Virus record (IMG/VR): IMGVR_UViG_3300027833_000021
Location: 32,001-96,000 of that record
From: a virus
Length of the DNA: 64,000 bases
Strand: one strand, 5' to 3'
A program made the position numbers and the translations under genes. How positions within the stretch are numbered: the first letter of the stretch is position 1; each line of letters opens with the position of its first letter. Below the pieces are notes generated by a model. It was given only the letters and a program-made list of their open reading frames with translations, was not told the origin of the DNA and ran no database searches. Below are positions 10,027-20,503 of this stretch, piece after piece.

Positions 10027-10275
10027 ATGTCAGAGAAAGAACCAAAACTAGCACATCTGGAAGCAGAGAGTTTAGAGACACATGTGGCAGTATGTTATGA
10101 ACGATACCACCACTTCAATAAGTCATTAAAAGATATTAATGATAAAATTGAAAAGCAAGAAGTTGAAATGGATAAAGGGTTCAGCGAACTAAAAAAGATG
10201 GTTATGTGGACTGCATCTACCCTGTTTTCAACAATGCTTATTGCCTTATTTGCACAGATGTTTAAAATATTTTAA
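10027..10275 (+). CDS. Small coiled-coil protein with a C-terminal TM helix
   Basis: Hydrophobic C-terminus; late promoter at 9986-9993. Confidence 0.7.
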   Translation: MSEKEPKLAHLEAESLETHVAVCYERYHHFNKSLKDINDKIEKQEVEMDKGFSELKKMVMWTASTLFSTMLIALFAQMFKIF

Positions 10276-10284
10276 GAGTTTACT

Positions 10285-10563
10285 ATGTTATTTGAAGAGA
10301 TTGCAGAAGAGATATATGAAGCCAAACTAGTCTATGCTAGAAAAGGACGTACAATCGTCCGTAAGTATAGATGTGGTTCAGGAAGACTTAAAGGTAAGAC
10401 AGTAACAACACCTGGTGCATGTTTTAAACCTGTTAATATGAAGAAACGTTTCACATTAGCAAGAACTAAAGCAAAAATGGGTGCTAGAATGAAACGTAAA
10501 GCGAAAATGACTCGTAGAATGAATCCAGCGAGTAAGAGATTAAAAACTCTAAATAGACGATAA
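10285..10563 (+). CDS. Prohead core-like basic protein (T4 gp68-like architecture)
   Basis: Acidic leader MLFEEIAEEIYE followed by a very basic body. Confidence 0.6.
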   Translation: MLFEEIAEEIYEAKLVYARKGRTIVRKYRCGSGRLKGKTVTTPGACFKPVNMKKRFTLARTKAKMGARMKRKAKMTRRMNPASKRLKTLNRR

Positions 10564-10574
10564 CGGAGAATAAA

Positions 10575-11312
10575 ATGTCATTAAAGAATGAAATAGAAAA
10601 AACAATGTTTAAAGAAAGCATCGAGGATAGATTCCAAGATATTGCTTCTCTTATTGATTCTCCAGTAGAAGATGTACAAAAAAGAATGAAAACTTTAAAT
10701 TTTTCTGATTACATTAAAGTAATGTCTGCTTTAAAATCTAAAGATATCAGTACAATTAAAAGTATGATGGGATTGACAGAAGGTTGGTCAGAACTTCCTG
10801 CTATGGACAGAGAAAAATATATAGCAAGAGATGGACTAGAAGGTCCAATTATGACTAAATCTGGTAAGGTGGTATACTATGACCCGAAAGAGGGTAGTTA
10901 TTATGACCCAGATACTGACATGTATATAGACTACGAAACATGGAAAATGTTAGATAGTGAAAACATGCATAAAATCGATATGGAAGTTCCAGAAGCATAC
11001 AGTACAGGTTCACAAGGTCCTGAGGCTGGACAAGAAGCGGAACCATCGGCATCGGATATGAAAGCCGCAAACAACAAATTAAAGACACAAAGAACACAAG
11101 CCATGCAAAGACTTGGCAGAGACAATTTAGGCGGTGCAACAGCACAGATGGCCGCAAATGCAATTGATAACGCAGAACAAGGAAAAGTATTGACTCCTAT
11201 ACAGCGACAAGCATTGGCACATCAAGCCGCCAACCTAGACCAACTGGCAATGAACCCAGATACTAGGATGCAGTTTAGAAATTTACTTAATAAACTTAAT
11301 AGAGAGCAATAA
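10575..11312 (+). CDS. Hypothetical head-associated protein with YYDP repeat (OCRE-like)
   Basis: YYDPKEGSYYDPDTDMY; GGAG RBS. Confidence 0.7.
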   Translation: MSLKNEIEKTMFKESIEDRFQDIASLIDSPVEDVQKRMKTLNFSDYIKVMSALKSKDISTIKSMMGLTEGWSELPAMDREKYIARDGLEGPIMTKSGKVVYYDPKEGSYYDPDTDMYIDYETWKMLDSENMHKIDMEVPEAYSTGSQGPEAGQEAEPSASDMKAANNKLKTQRTQAMQRLGRDNLGGATAQMAANAIDNAEQGKVLTPIQRQALAHQAANLDQLAMNPDTRMQFRNLLNKLNREQ

Positions 11313-11506
11313 TGAAGTTAAAAGAAATATTAGGTGGATTATTTGTAATGATTACTGAGGAAGAGGAAGATTTAATAACTAAATATTTCTCAGAAGGTGA
11401 TTACGTAAATGAATCGCAATTGTCAGGAAGAGAACAAGTCCTGGCAGAGAAACTAACACATAAAGGTGTGTTAGTTCCTACTTTGCGTGGATATAAAACT
11501 GTTTAA
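11312..11506 (+). CDS. Hypothetical protein
   Basis: Coupled by TAATG; begins MKLKEIL. Confidence 0.7.
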   Translation: MKLKEILGGLFVMITEEEEDLITKYFSEGDYVNESQLSGREQVLAEKLTHKGVLVPTLRGYKTV

Positions 11507-11523
11507 CAACTATGGAGTTCTAA

Positions 11524-12144
11524 ATGTCAATACCAAGTCAAAAAGATGTAAACATGATGGCCAATCTAATGAAAGTTATGAATGGCGAGACTGTTAAACT
11601 ACAAGAAGAAACATCTTCTGAACCTAATTCGCCAAAACCAATCGATATAAGCCCTGGCGTAAAACGTGCAGACGTTGATGCTATGGCAAAGATTATGAAA
11701 GGTTTCAGTGAAGCAACTACTAGTGTTGCACATAAGGTAAAGAAGACAATTACAGAGTCTACTAAAACTGAAAAAGGTGTCAAAGTTGGCGCATTTTCAG
11801 TAGAGAAAAACAAAGAAGAAAGATACGATATACTTGATACTCGAAGTGATTCTATATTATTTGAAGGTATCAAACTGTACGAAACAGTTTGTTGTATTGC
11901 TAATCATTTGAATGAAGGAAAAACAATTAATTCATCAGAAATTATGGAAATAATTAAAATTAATGAATTATTTGACCGCCATTATAGTAATGCTGTTCAG
12001 CATAAACATTCGTATCAAGTTGCCAAAAGAGCGGTTAATGAAGGTAGAATGGATATTGCACAAGCAAGATTTTCACAATCAAAGCATGAAGCAGGCAAAG
12101 CCAAGCGTAAAATAACTAATCTTTACGAAAATATAATCCTTTAA
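11524..12144 (+). CDS. Hypothetical late protein
   Basis: GGAG RBS; operon context. Confidence 0.75.
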   Translation: MSIPSQKDVNMMANLMKVMNGETVKLQEETSSEPNSPKPIDISPGVKRADVDAMAKIMKGFSEATTSVAHKVKKTITESTKTEKGVKVGAFSVEKNKEERYDILDTRSDSILFEGIKLYETVCCIANHLNEGKTINSSEIMEIIKINELFDRHYSNAVQHKHSYQVAKRAVNEGRMDIAQARFSQSKHEAGKAKRKITNLYENIIL

Positions 12145-12226
12145 TAGAGTATTAAATTAGTGCATAAATAGAATTATGTATTAAAAAGATAAATACATGT
12201 AATATGCATTAATATTGGGATTTATT

Positions 12227-12832
12227 ATGAACTTAAACGACAACAAATTTTTTAACTCAACAGACATCCATGTGTCTTCTCGTATGAATGAATACTTGAA
12301 GAAAAACTTTGGATATGCAGTTGATGGAGATATGGCTACTTTAGAAGAAGCAAAGCAGTCATTACAAGCAGAACAAGTTCAATTGAAAAAAGAAGATTAC
12401 ATGGGTAAAAAGTATATGGAAAATATGCTTATGATTGAAACAATCACTTCTTTATTAAAAGCCCACGGCGAAGATACAGCATCTTCATACAAGCATGAAG
12501 AGGTTACTGAAGAGTTGGACTTACCAGAGACTGGCGATACAACTACCAGTGACGCTAGTCCAGAAACAGAAGAAGTAGAAGTAACAGAAGCCAAACCGGC
12601 AAGTGCTGAACATCATAGATACAAAAACGACTCACAATTGGCTAGGTCAAAGGGTCAATTAATAGACACTATGAAAACACTAGAAATGGCTATTGAGTAC
12701 AGAAGCCAAAACAGTGCTGGTTTCTTTAATAATGGTGACAAAGCAGGTACAGGCGAGTTGGCTAGAATGCATGACAAACTAAAAGATATACTAGATAACT
12801 GGGATGAAAATATCAAATATTACGGAATGTAA
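12227..12832 (+). CDS. Hypothetical acidic late protein (scaffold/core-like)
   Basis: ATG at 12227 preferred; late promoter at 12188-12195. Confidence 0.7.
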   Translation: MNLNDNKFFNSTDIHVSSRMNEYLKKNFGYAVDGDMATLEEAKQSLQAEQVQLKKEDYMGKKYMENMLMIETITSLLKAHGEDTASSYKHEEVTEELDLPETGDTTTSDASPETEEVEVTEAKPASAEHHRYKNDSQLARSKGQLIDTMKTLEMAIEYRSQNSAGFFNNGDKAGTGELARMHDKLKDILDNWDENIKYYGM

Positions 12833-12856
12833 TTAATTAATAACCAAGGAAATAAA

Positions 12857-13312
12857 ATGGAAAAAACTAACTTAGAAAAGACTTTAATGGAAGAGTTAAA
12901 CGCTCTACTTGAAGTTGATGCGGCTGAGGCGGAAATCACAATGGCTGCCAGAGGCATTGTTGATGAATTACAAGACGTAATTGAGAAACTAGGCAAAATT
13001 CAAAACGACCAAATCGGTCCATTATCAGACGAAATGGCATATTCACATGGTCCTGACCAAGCGGCAACGTTTAAAGGTTCAGTTGATGATGCGATTAACG
13101 GTCTACTAGGACAAGCACGTTCGGCTAAAGATGCAGTACAAGATGCAACTTTAGTACTATCAGGCGAAAAATCATCTGATGATATGGGTGATGTTGAACT
13201 TGGTGGCGATATGGGTGATGACTTTGTTGATGACATTACAGCAGAAATTGGTGGTGACGAATCAGCATCAGGCGGAGAATCAAATCCATTAGGTAGAGAA
13301 GAAAGAGACTAA
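12857..13312 (+). CDS. Acidic prohead scaffold-like protein
   Basis: AAGGA RBS; acidic helical sequence ending LGREER. Confidence 0.65.
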   Translation: MEKTNLEKTLMEELNALLEVDAAEAEITMAARGIVDELQDVIEKLGKIQNDQIGPLSDEMAYSHGPDQAATFKGSVDDAINGLLGQARSAKDAVQDATLVLSGEKSSDDMGDVELGGDMGDDFVDDITAEIGGDESASGGESNPLGREERD

Positions 13313-13313
13313 T

Positions 13314-13634
13314 ATGAAAATTAGTGGACTTCTGTTAGAGAAGGCAAATTATGATGCTCAGTTAATGGGTGATATTAATGCTTATCTCATTTCATTGAAG
13401 GCAAATGATATTCCTTCTGTACCCATGGACATGATGGTCCGTGAACTAGAAGGTATGGGATATTCTTTGAATGCAGAGTCGATGGTAGATTTATTATCTA
13501 ATAGTAAGTATATATCTAAAGTCACTGTAGATACTATTGAATTAGATTCTAAATATAATAAAAGTGACAAGGCTGATAAAGACTCAGTACGCAAACTGGC
13601 AGTCAAAACAGCGAAAAAGAAGGTGAAAAAATAA
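13314..13634 (+). CDS. Hypothetical late protein
   Basis: Operon context; begins MKISGLLLE. Confidence 0.7.
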   Translation: MKISGLLLEKANYDAQLMGDINAYLISLKANDIPSVPMDMMVRELEGMGYSLNAESMVDLLSNSKYISKVTVDTIELDSKYNKSDKADKDSVRKLAVKTAKKKVKK

Positions 13635-14044
13635 TGGCATTTATAGTTAAAGGCGGCGTTAAAGAAATCTCTAAAAAAGAGATGTCAAAACACATGAAAA
13701 ACTTAAATAAACAAGACGATGCATTAGCAGGTCTTTCAGATGCAAAGAAGCAGATTAGAAAAGAAGTTGAATCTGCTAAAAGACACCGTGAATTTATGGG
13801 TCGTGTTGCAGAAAATGAAGCCAGAGATTTAGCAAACGCAGTAGCGACTAGTGAAATCGTATCAATTGCAGTTGGTGAAACAATTGAAACAGAAGTAGAA
13901 CCAGTTGCAGATATGATAGATGTTGATTTCTTATCAATGACTAAAAAGCAAATCGATGAATGGGCTGAAGAAAATCTAGGTATTCAATTAGACAGACGCC
14001 ACACTAAAGCAAAACTAATCGAAGAAATTAAAGAAAAACTTTAA
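13634..14044 (+). CDS. Hypothetical protein with a C-terminal HeH/Rho-N-like helical domain
   Basis: SMTKKQIDEWAEENLGIQLDRRHTKAKLIEEI. Confidence 0.65.
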   Translation: MAFIVKGGVKEISKKEMSKHMKNLNKQDDALAGLSDAKKQIRKEVESAKRHREFMGRVAENEARDLANAVATSEIVSIAVGETIETEVEPVADMIDVDFLSMTKKQIDEWAEENLGIQLDRRHTKAKLIEEIKEKL

Positions 14045-14051
14045 TAATCTC

Positions 14052-14080
14052 TTGCTTTCTATCTCAAAGTATAGTATAAT
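14052..14080 (+). promoter_or_regulatory. Sigma70-type promoter TTGCTT-17-TATAAT, giving a near-leaderless mRNA
   Basis: The -10 box ends 6 nt before ATG 14087; no SD. Confidence 0.7.
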
Positions 14081-14086
14081 AATACT

Positions 14087-14776
14087 ATGCTTAATGAAAA
14101 ATTCACTTATAATCCCTTAGAACGAGTAAACATCAAAGGCAGTCGGCATTATCAAACGCCCGACGGTCAACCTTTGCCTAGTGTTACTACCGTACTTGAT
14201 GCATTAAAAGATAAATCTGCTTTATTTGAATGGCGCAAACGTGTCGGCAATGAAGAGGCAGACAGAATCATGCGACTTGCTACTGGTATCGGAACACAAG
14301 TTCACTTACACCTTGAAAAATACATCTTAGAAGAAGACAGACCTAATGGGTCAAATCTTATACATCAAATGGCAAGAGAATTGTCAGAGATTGTAATCGA
14401 TAAAGGTTTATCAAACATAGACGAAGTATGGGGAACAGAAGTTCCATTATATTATCCTGGTCTATATGCAGGCACAACAGACTGTGTTGGTGTATGGAAT
14501 GGAAAGCCAGCAATCATTGATTTCAAAACAACTCGTAAGCCAAAGAAACGTGAATGGATTGACGATTACTTTTTACAAGGTGCGGCATATGCCGAAGCAC
14601 ATAATGAAATTTATGGAACTGATATAAAAACAATTGTTATTATGATGATTGGCTGGGATGCCGAGGCGGATAACATGGGTAACTACCAAGAATTTGTTGT
14701 TGAAAGTGATGAGTATCAACGTTATGCATTATCTTGGGCTGGTAAGGTCCAAGCGTATTTTGATAAATACATGTAA
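14087..14776 (+). CDS. PD-(D/E)XK exonuclease (Cas4/MGME1-like phage nuclease)
   Basis: LPSVTTVL, GTQVH, AGTTD, IIDFKT, QGAAY. Confidence 0.85.
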   Translation: MLNEKFTYNPLERVNIKGSRHYQTPDGQPLPSVTTVLDALKDKSALFEWRKRVGNEEADRIMRLATGIGTQVHLHLEKYILEEDRPNGSNLIHQMARELSEIVIDKGLSNIDEVWGTEVPLYYPGLYAGTTDCVGVWNGKPAIIDFKTTRKPKKREWIDDYFLQGAAYAEAHNEIYGTDIKTIVIMMIGWDAEADNMGNYQEFVVESDEYQRYALSWAGKVQAYFDKYM

Positions 14777-14791
14777 TAACGGGAGTTTAAC

Positions 14792-17020
14792 ATGGCAACA
14801 AATGTAAAAATATTATTAAGAAGAGGCAAACGTGTTGAGTTATCTGGTGAAATATTATCACCTGGAGAACTAGGTTACACGACTGACACTAACCAATTGT
14901 ATGTTGGTATAGAAGAAGCAATAAATGAAATACGCTTTGACCCTTTTGCTAATGCACATGCTACTATCCAAAACTGGCTAGATAGTGCCGACTGTCCTGT
15001 GGTAGGTTTAACAATAGACGAAGATTTAGTTGTTGCTGATATTCCAGCAGGCGAAATTGATAATATTATGACTGCGTTGAATACGTATTCCCAAACAATT
15101 GTTTTTAATAGTAACACGGCTACATTTAACTTAGGTGAACTTCTAACACAGTATAAGAAGAAATCAACGAAACTTGTCTCGCCAAATTTAATTCCAAATC
15201 TAACTTCAATCACTTCAACTTTTGCAGTTGAGGGCGAAACTATTACGGTTAGTGGTGTAACTTTATCAGCATTATTGACCACATTACAAACTAATGCGGC
15301 AATTAAAGTTGCAAACGTAGAAGTTACTTTAAATTCAAATGGTAATAAACTTGTATTCACAAAAATTGACGGTTTAGAACTAAATGTTACTTTTCCTACA
15401 GAAGCAGATGCAACTGCAATCGGTTTCATACAAAATATTAAGCCTACGAATATAGTATCATTAGTTTCAGGAACAGTGTATACAATAACATCATTAGGAA
15501 ATAACACTCTCACGTCAGTAACTGCTGGTTCATTTGTAACTGGTACAGAATATACGATATCCACTCCTGGCACTACAGACTTCACATTAATTGGTGCGGC
15601 TGATAGTAATACTAGTACGGTATTTACTGCCACAGGTCCAGGTACAGGAACGGGTAATGCTACTTACGTATCATCAAAAATCCAAGCAAACTGGGAAGCC
15701 GCTGGAGCACCAGCAATCAGAACAGCAGGTTCATTTGTAGTTGGTACTTCTTATAGAATTGTAAATCAAGGCACTACAGATTTCACTCAATTCGGTGCGG
15801 CTAATAATAACGTTGCTACAGTATTCACTGCAACAAATGTAGGTGTAGAAGAAATTAATGCAGGCTCATTTGTAGTTGGTAGACAGTATACGATTAGTAC
15901 AAAAGGAAATACAGACTTTACATTAATAGGCGCAATTAACAATAGTGTTGGTACATTATTTACAGCATCGGGCGTTGGTTCAGGTACTGGTGTTGCAAAC
16001 TATCAAGGTACTGGTACTGCATCCTCAGTTATGGTAGGAACAGTATTTACTGCAACTGGTAGCGGATTAGGAAATGGTGTTGCAACTTATGATAATGGCG
16101 CTAATACAGTAGCGGCAATTGATGGTTATGACGTTTATGCAAACGGAACAATAAAATCTGCATCAGTTAGTGGTAGTAATACTACAGTTGTGGTTGATGT
16201 TGATGAAAACTCTGATTACTTTTCTATACAACAAGAAGGCACAAATGCTAAACCTTATGCAACTGCGCCAGACAACGAAGCATTTTACTACTTCGGTACT
16301 CCTAGTACCCCTAATTATGCAACAGAAAGCCCATCAGTAGAATCAACATCAGTAACAGGTGGTACAGATACTAAGATTGGCTTGTTTGGTCATAAAAGAA
16401 GAAACGTAGAAGTTATTACTGAAGAGTCCAGAAATCAATTATTTACTAATCAACATTTAAAGTCTTATTCATCCGCAACAGGATTGCGTTCAGATTTATA
16501 TAAGAAAACGTTAAATGTCGTTGATACTACAATTAATGCAACTTCTTGTTTAGAAGGAAAGCAGTATGAAATCGTGGTAGCAGGAACAACAAACTTTACA
16601 TTAAACGGTGCAACAGACAGTACTGTTGGTACTAGATTTTATGCAAACGCAACAACTCCAGTTGGAACTGGTACTGTAAAACAAATTGGTACATTCTTAA
16701 AATATAAGAAAGCAGATTGCACATCTTTCTTCATTGATTATTCTTTGAAACAATCAGACGGCTCAAATATGTTTGTTCGTGTTGGAACAATCAGAGTTAT
16801 TAATGGCGTGCCTCAAGGTATTGCTAAAGTAAATATAACTGATGAAAACACAGAGATATGGCAAGACATAAACACCGATACTATTGTACAGGAAGACGAT
16901 GAATTTTCAAATATCGAATTTCAGACAGTAATCAATGGTGATGATTTAGAAATAAATTACACACAAGATGCAAGTAATTTCACTGAGATTAGTTATACAG
17001 TAAAAAGATGGACGATGTAA
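14792..17020 (+). CDS. Tail/baseplate fibre protein with Mtd/hyaluronidase-type N-terminal domain and AGSFVVG repeats
   Basis: ILLRRG...GELGYTTDTNQLYVG N-terminus; about 45-aa repeats; late promoter at 14762-14769. Confidence 0.8.
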   Translation: MATNVKILLRRGKRVELSGEILSPGELGYTTDTNQLYVGIEEAINEIRFDPFANAHATIQNWLDSADCPVVGLTIDEDLVVADIPAGEIDNIMTALNTYSQTIVFNSNTATFNLGELLTQYKKKSTKLVSPNLIPNLTSITSTFAVEGETITVSGVTLSALLTTLQTNAAIKVANVEVTLNSNGNKLVFTKIDGLELNVTFPTEADATAIGFIQNIKPTNIVSLVSGTVYTITSLGNNTLTSVTAGSFVTGTEYTISTPGTTDFTLIGAADSNTSTVFTATGPGTGTGNATYVSSKIQANWEAAGAPAIRTAGSFVVGTSYRIVNQGTTDFTQFGAANNNVATVFTATNVGVEEINAGSFVVGRQYTISTKGNTDFTLIGAINNSVGTLFTASGVGSGTGVANYQGTGTASSVMVGTVFTATGSGLGNGVATYDNGANTVAAIDGYDVYANGTIKSASVSGSNTTVVVDVDENSDYFSIQQEGTNAKPYATAPDNEAFYYFGTPSTPNYATESPSVESTSVTGGTDTKIGLFGHKRRNVEVITEESRNQLFTNQHLKSYSSATGLRSDLYKKTLNVVDTTINATSCLEGKQYEIVVAGTTNFTLNGATDSTVGTRFYANATTPVGTGTVKQIGTFLKYKKADCTSFFIDYSLKQSDGSNMFVRVGTIRVINGVPQGIAKVNITDENTEIWQDINTDTIVQEDDEFSNIEFQTVINGDDLEINYTQDASNFTEISYTVKRWTM

Positions 17021-17464
17021 ATGCGAGATAAAGCAATATTGCTTTATGAATGGCGACAATTACGATTAAAACTACAAGAAGAATTAACACAATCAACTCT
17101 ACAAGAAATCGTTAATTGGTGGAAAGCCTTTCCTTATCATAGCAATGGATTTAATTACGATGATGTGAAGACTTGGCCAGATGTATGGGAATACATCAGC
17201 GAAGAATTCTATACGAATAGTGGTAATGGATTAGGATGTTTCTATACTCTATACCACTCCTACCCAGAACATAACCCAGAAATATGGCTAATATTAGACC
17301 TTACGGAAGGCGGTGAAATATACTTAGTTGCCCATATGGACGGTTATGTTCTGAACAGATTAAATGGCAAAGTCGAAAAATATGAAGATATTAAGAACGA
17401 TATTGACATTATGGAACGAACTGTGTATAATGACATAGAACCGCACCTTAAGAATAGAAAATGA
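17021..17464 (+). CDS. Hypothetical protein
   Basis: Abuts upstream gene. Confidence 0.7.
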   Translation: MRDKAILLYEWRQLRLKLQEELTQSTLQEIVNWWKAFPYHSNGFNYDDVKTWPDVWEYISEEFYTNSGNGLGCFYTLYHSYPEHNPEIWLILDLTEGGEIYLVAHMDGYVLNRLNGKVEKYEDIKNDIDIMERTVYNDIEPHLKNRK

Positions 17465-17519
17465 TTAAGTGCGAAGTTTCTGACTAAATAAATACATATA
17501 ACAACAACGGACAAACAAA

Positions 17520-17831
17520 ATGCTAAAAGAAAATACATATCAAAGCGGTGACATTGTAACTTTATACTTACAAACAGGACAAGAAATTTTAGGTAAATTC
17601 GTGTCTGAAGATACGACTTCAACTGTTATTACTAAACCATTGACTATCGCAATGGGACCAAAAGGTGCGGCATTTCAAACATTCACTGTAACTGGTGATA
17701 GTGAGAAAGAAGTTCACTTTAAGTCAAATAAGATTATTTCAGTATTAAAGACTAGAAAAGATACGGCTGATTCATATACTCAAGCAACATCTACAATCAT
17801 AACTCCTGACAAAGGGGGCTTGATAACATAA
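17520..17831 (+). CDS. Sm-like fold phage protein
   Basis: IVTLYLQTGQEILGK...ITKPL pattern. Confidence 0.6.
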   Translation: MLKENTYQSGDIVTLYLQTGQEILGKFVSEDTTSTVITKPLTIAMGPKGAAFQTFTVTGDSEKEVHFKSNKIISVLKTRKDTADSYTQATSTIITPDKGGLIT

Positions 17832-18628
17832 TGCCACAGGCCGCTAGAACAACTGACCCTATTTCTGCCCACAATCCTTGTGGCGAAGAAAGATGTGGTG
17901 CCGGTAGTTCTGACGTTATCATTCAAAATCTACAAGCATATCGAGTTACTGACCAAACTGAACCACACGGTGTTCCAAAACCAAGAGTAGGTTGTGTTCC
18001 ACACGTTACTCAATTAGTACAAGGTTCATCAAACGTTTATATAAACTCCAGCCCTGCAGGAAGAGTAGGAGATTCTCATTCTTGTGGCGTTATAATTACA
18101 TCAGGTTCAGATAAAGTTTATATTAATGGTGGCGGTACACCAGGTGTAGAAGCAAGAGTTATAAACCATCATCCACCGGCACAAGCGTTCTCAAGTGTTC
18201 CTAATGATTTAACTGATTACATAAAGTCTAAAGAACAGTTTAGTCCAAATGCATTCTGGGACCACAAACAATATACTAATGGTTATGGAACAGAAGCATT
18301 AAGTTCTACAGAAAGTATATCAGAAGAAGAAGCAGTACGTAGATTAAACGAAGACCTAACACAACGTAGAAATTTTGTTGCTACCTATTCTGCTAATAAT
18401 AATCGCAATTGGTCTCCTGACCAAATTGATGCTCTTACTAGTTTCGTATTTAATTTAGGTACAGGTACACTTAACCAAGTAACTAATGGCGGAACTCGTA
18501 CAGATGCCGAAATCGCAGATTCTATGTTACTATATGATAAAGCAACAGTAAATGGCGTATTACAATCTCTTCCTGGACTTACTACACGTAGAACAGAAGA
18601 AAGTGATTGGTTTAAAAGAGGAATGTAA
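17831..18628 (+). CDS. PAAR-repeat spike-tip protein fused to GH24 lysozyme
   Basis: PQAAR/QAYR/PAGR repeats with His/Cys; C-terminal E..D..TNGYG, DALTSFVFNLG, GLTTRRTEE. Confidence 0.85.
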   Translation: MPQAARTTDPISAHNPCGEERCGAGSSDVIIQNLQAYRVTDQTEPHGVPKPRVGCVPHVTQLVQGSSNVYINSSPAGRVGDSHSCGVIITSGSDKVYINGGGTPGVEARVINHHPPAQAFSSVPNDLTDYIKSKEQFSPNAFWDHKQYTNGYGTEALSSTESISEEEAVRRLNEDLTQRRNFVATYSANNNRNWSPDQIDALTSFVFNLGTGTLNQVTNGGTRTDAEIADSMLLYDKATVNGVLQSLPGLTTRRTEESDWFKRGM

Positions 18629-18630
18629 TA

Positions 18631-20430
18631 ATGGCTAGTGAAGCAGAAATCGAAAGACTATATCAATTATTTGTAGCGAATGGTGGCGGAGCATTTTCAT
18701 TTTCTAATACAAATCTGACACCGAAACAATATTCTGAAGCAGTAAACGCCTCAAATCTAACACCATTAGAAATGGCACAGTTAGAAGCAAGGCAACATCA
18801 GTATAATAGACAAAAAGCATTAAACACAATAGCAGATGAAATTGATGCTAATACATTTACTAATCCTTATGCGGCTAGGTCAACTTATGGAAGTTCACTG
18901 TTTTCTAACTTAGGCACATCACAAGGTTCTATCAATGCAGGATTACTTGCTGGTGGTTTTAGTGGATATAGCGATGCCAATAGGGCACTAGTTGTTGCAG
19001 GAGTTTTATCAGCAACAGGTGTAGACTTAGAGAATATTATAAAAATTGCAGGATTAACTGCGTTGGGTACTACGATGTATTCATCATTAAGTAATCACAC
19101 GAATAATCAAACAGCAAACTTGCCAAAAACATTAGAAGATGCAAATTCTTTATCTAGTATGAATGCACAGTTTGGTGAACAAGGCGACCCATGTGGATTC
19201 TTCAATCAAATAATGGGAATATTAAGTGGTATATTTAATGGTACTTTAGATTTTATTGAAACAGGAATTGGTGATATAATTTCTTTGGTAAATGCAACAG
19301 GTATTCCAGCAATATTATCAAGTATCCTTTCAGCATTAACATCTGCTGGCGGCATTGTTGCGACTGGAATTGCAGGAGTAGTTGGATTGATTGCTGGTGG
19401 AATAGCAACGATTTTACAACAATTATCACCTCTAGTTGGAAAAATTATTAATGCAATTGGCGATATCACTACACAAATCGCTTCAGAGATTGCTTCTCTT
19501 GCCGATATGGCTGCCTCTCTTATAAGAAAAGCATTAGCATTACTTATTGGAAGTGCGGCAACTGACCCTTGTAAACAAAATGTATTGAAAAACACAGGTT
19601 CACCTGCCATGCAAGGTGCAATTGCTCAACTAAATCAACCATTAGGACATGGCAATCCTCATAATATACCAACAACTTTAGATGATAGAGCAAATCCAGA
19701 TGAAGTGACAAAGAAACTTACAGCGGCAAAAGCCGAAGCATTGTTAAAGGCTGGTGTACCTCAATCACCATTTACAGATGCGGCAAAAGAATATACTACA
19801 AATGATTCTGTATTACATTCTTCAGCAGAAACAACATCTGTCCGTCCAAAATCAAGACCATCGTCTAATACTACATACACAACTACAGGAGAAGCAACAT
19901 CATCTAGTAGTTTTGATGAAGAATTAATGCCAACAAGAAAAGCCGGCGAAACTATGGACGAATTTATGAAGCGTATTGGTGCAACAAGACAGGCAACAGT
20001 TGAAGAAAGAGAATCAGAAGCAATGAAGAGCCGAGAAGTAGTTTCACTACAAGTTCGAGCAATGGTAAGAGAATGGCAACCAAAACAATTAGACTATACA
20101 AGAGATTCAAGGGCATTAATGAGTAAGATGCGTTTTGCTTTGGATACTAAGAATTTTACAAACAAAACTTCACTAAAGAGTAGGTTGAAACAATTACTTG
20201 ATATTCAATACGATAACCAAGTAAGAGTAGAAAATTTAACAAATCAATATGCGGAAGCATTCAAATACTGGACTGATGGTGGTATACCAAATAAAGTAAC
20301 AGAAGCAAAACTTAGACTTCAATATAATGCTCGTATCAGACCAGCACAAACTCGTACATATAATAATGCAGTTTCTTCTAAAAATGCAGTAGAAACCGAA
20401 TGGAATAGTATTGACAGTCAGTTGTATTAA
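18631..20430 (+). CDS. Putative baseplate/virion protein
   Basis: Follows the PAAR gene; long amphipathic Ala/Ile/Gly region. Confidence 0.7.
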   Translation: MASEAEIERLYQLFVANGGGAFSFSNTNLTPKQYSEAVNASNLTPLEMAQLEARQHQYNRQKALNTIADEIDANTFTNPYAARSTYGSSLFSNLGTSQGSINAGLLAGGFSGYSDANRALVVAGVLSATGVDLENIIKIAGLTALGTTMYSSLSNHTNNQTANLPKTLEDANSLSSMNAQFGEQGDPCGFFNQIMGILSGIFNGTLDFIETGIGDIISLVNATGIPAILSSILSALTSAGGIVATGIAGVVGLIAGGIATILQQLSPLVGKIINAIGDITTQIASEIASLADMAASLIRKALALLIGSAATDPCKQNVLKNTGSPAMQGAIAQLNQPLGHGNPHNIPTTLDDRANPDEVTKKLTAAKAEALLKAGVPQSPFTDAAKEYTTNDSVLHSSAETTSVRPKSRPSSNTTYTTTGEATSSSSFDEELMPTRKAGETMDEFMKRIGATRQATVEERESEAMKSREVVSLQVRAMVREWQPKQLDYTRDSRALMSKMRFALDTKNFTNKTSLKSRLKQLLDIQYDNQVRVENLTNQYAEAFKYWTDGGIPNKVTEAKLRLQYNARIRPAQTRTYNNAVSSKNAVETEWNSIDSQLY

Positions 20431-20503
20431 TGTTATAATATTCAGTAAGATAATCACAAACTTTAAGATAAATACTACAAAGTTGTAATTTTAGGAATAT
20501 ATT

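Noticed and set aside
14087-14776. Cas4 / CRISPR association
   Set aside because: Stand-alone phage PD-(D/E)XK nuclease; no array or other cas genes in the window
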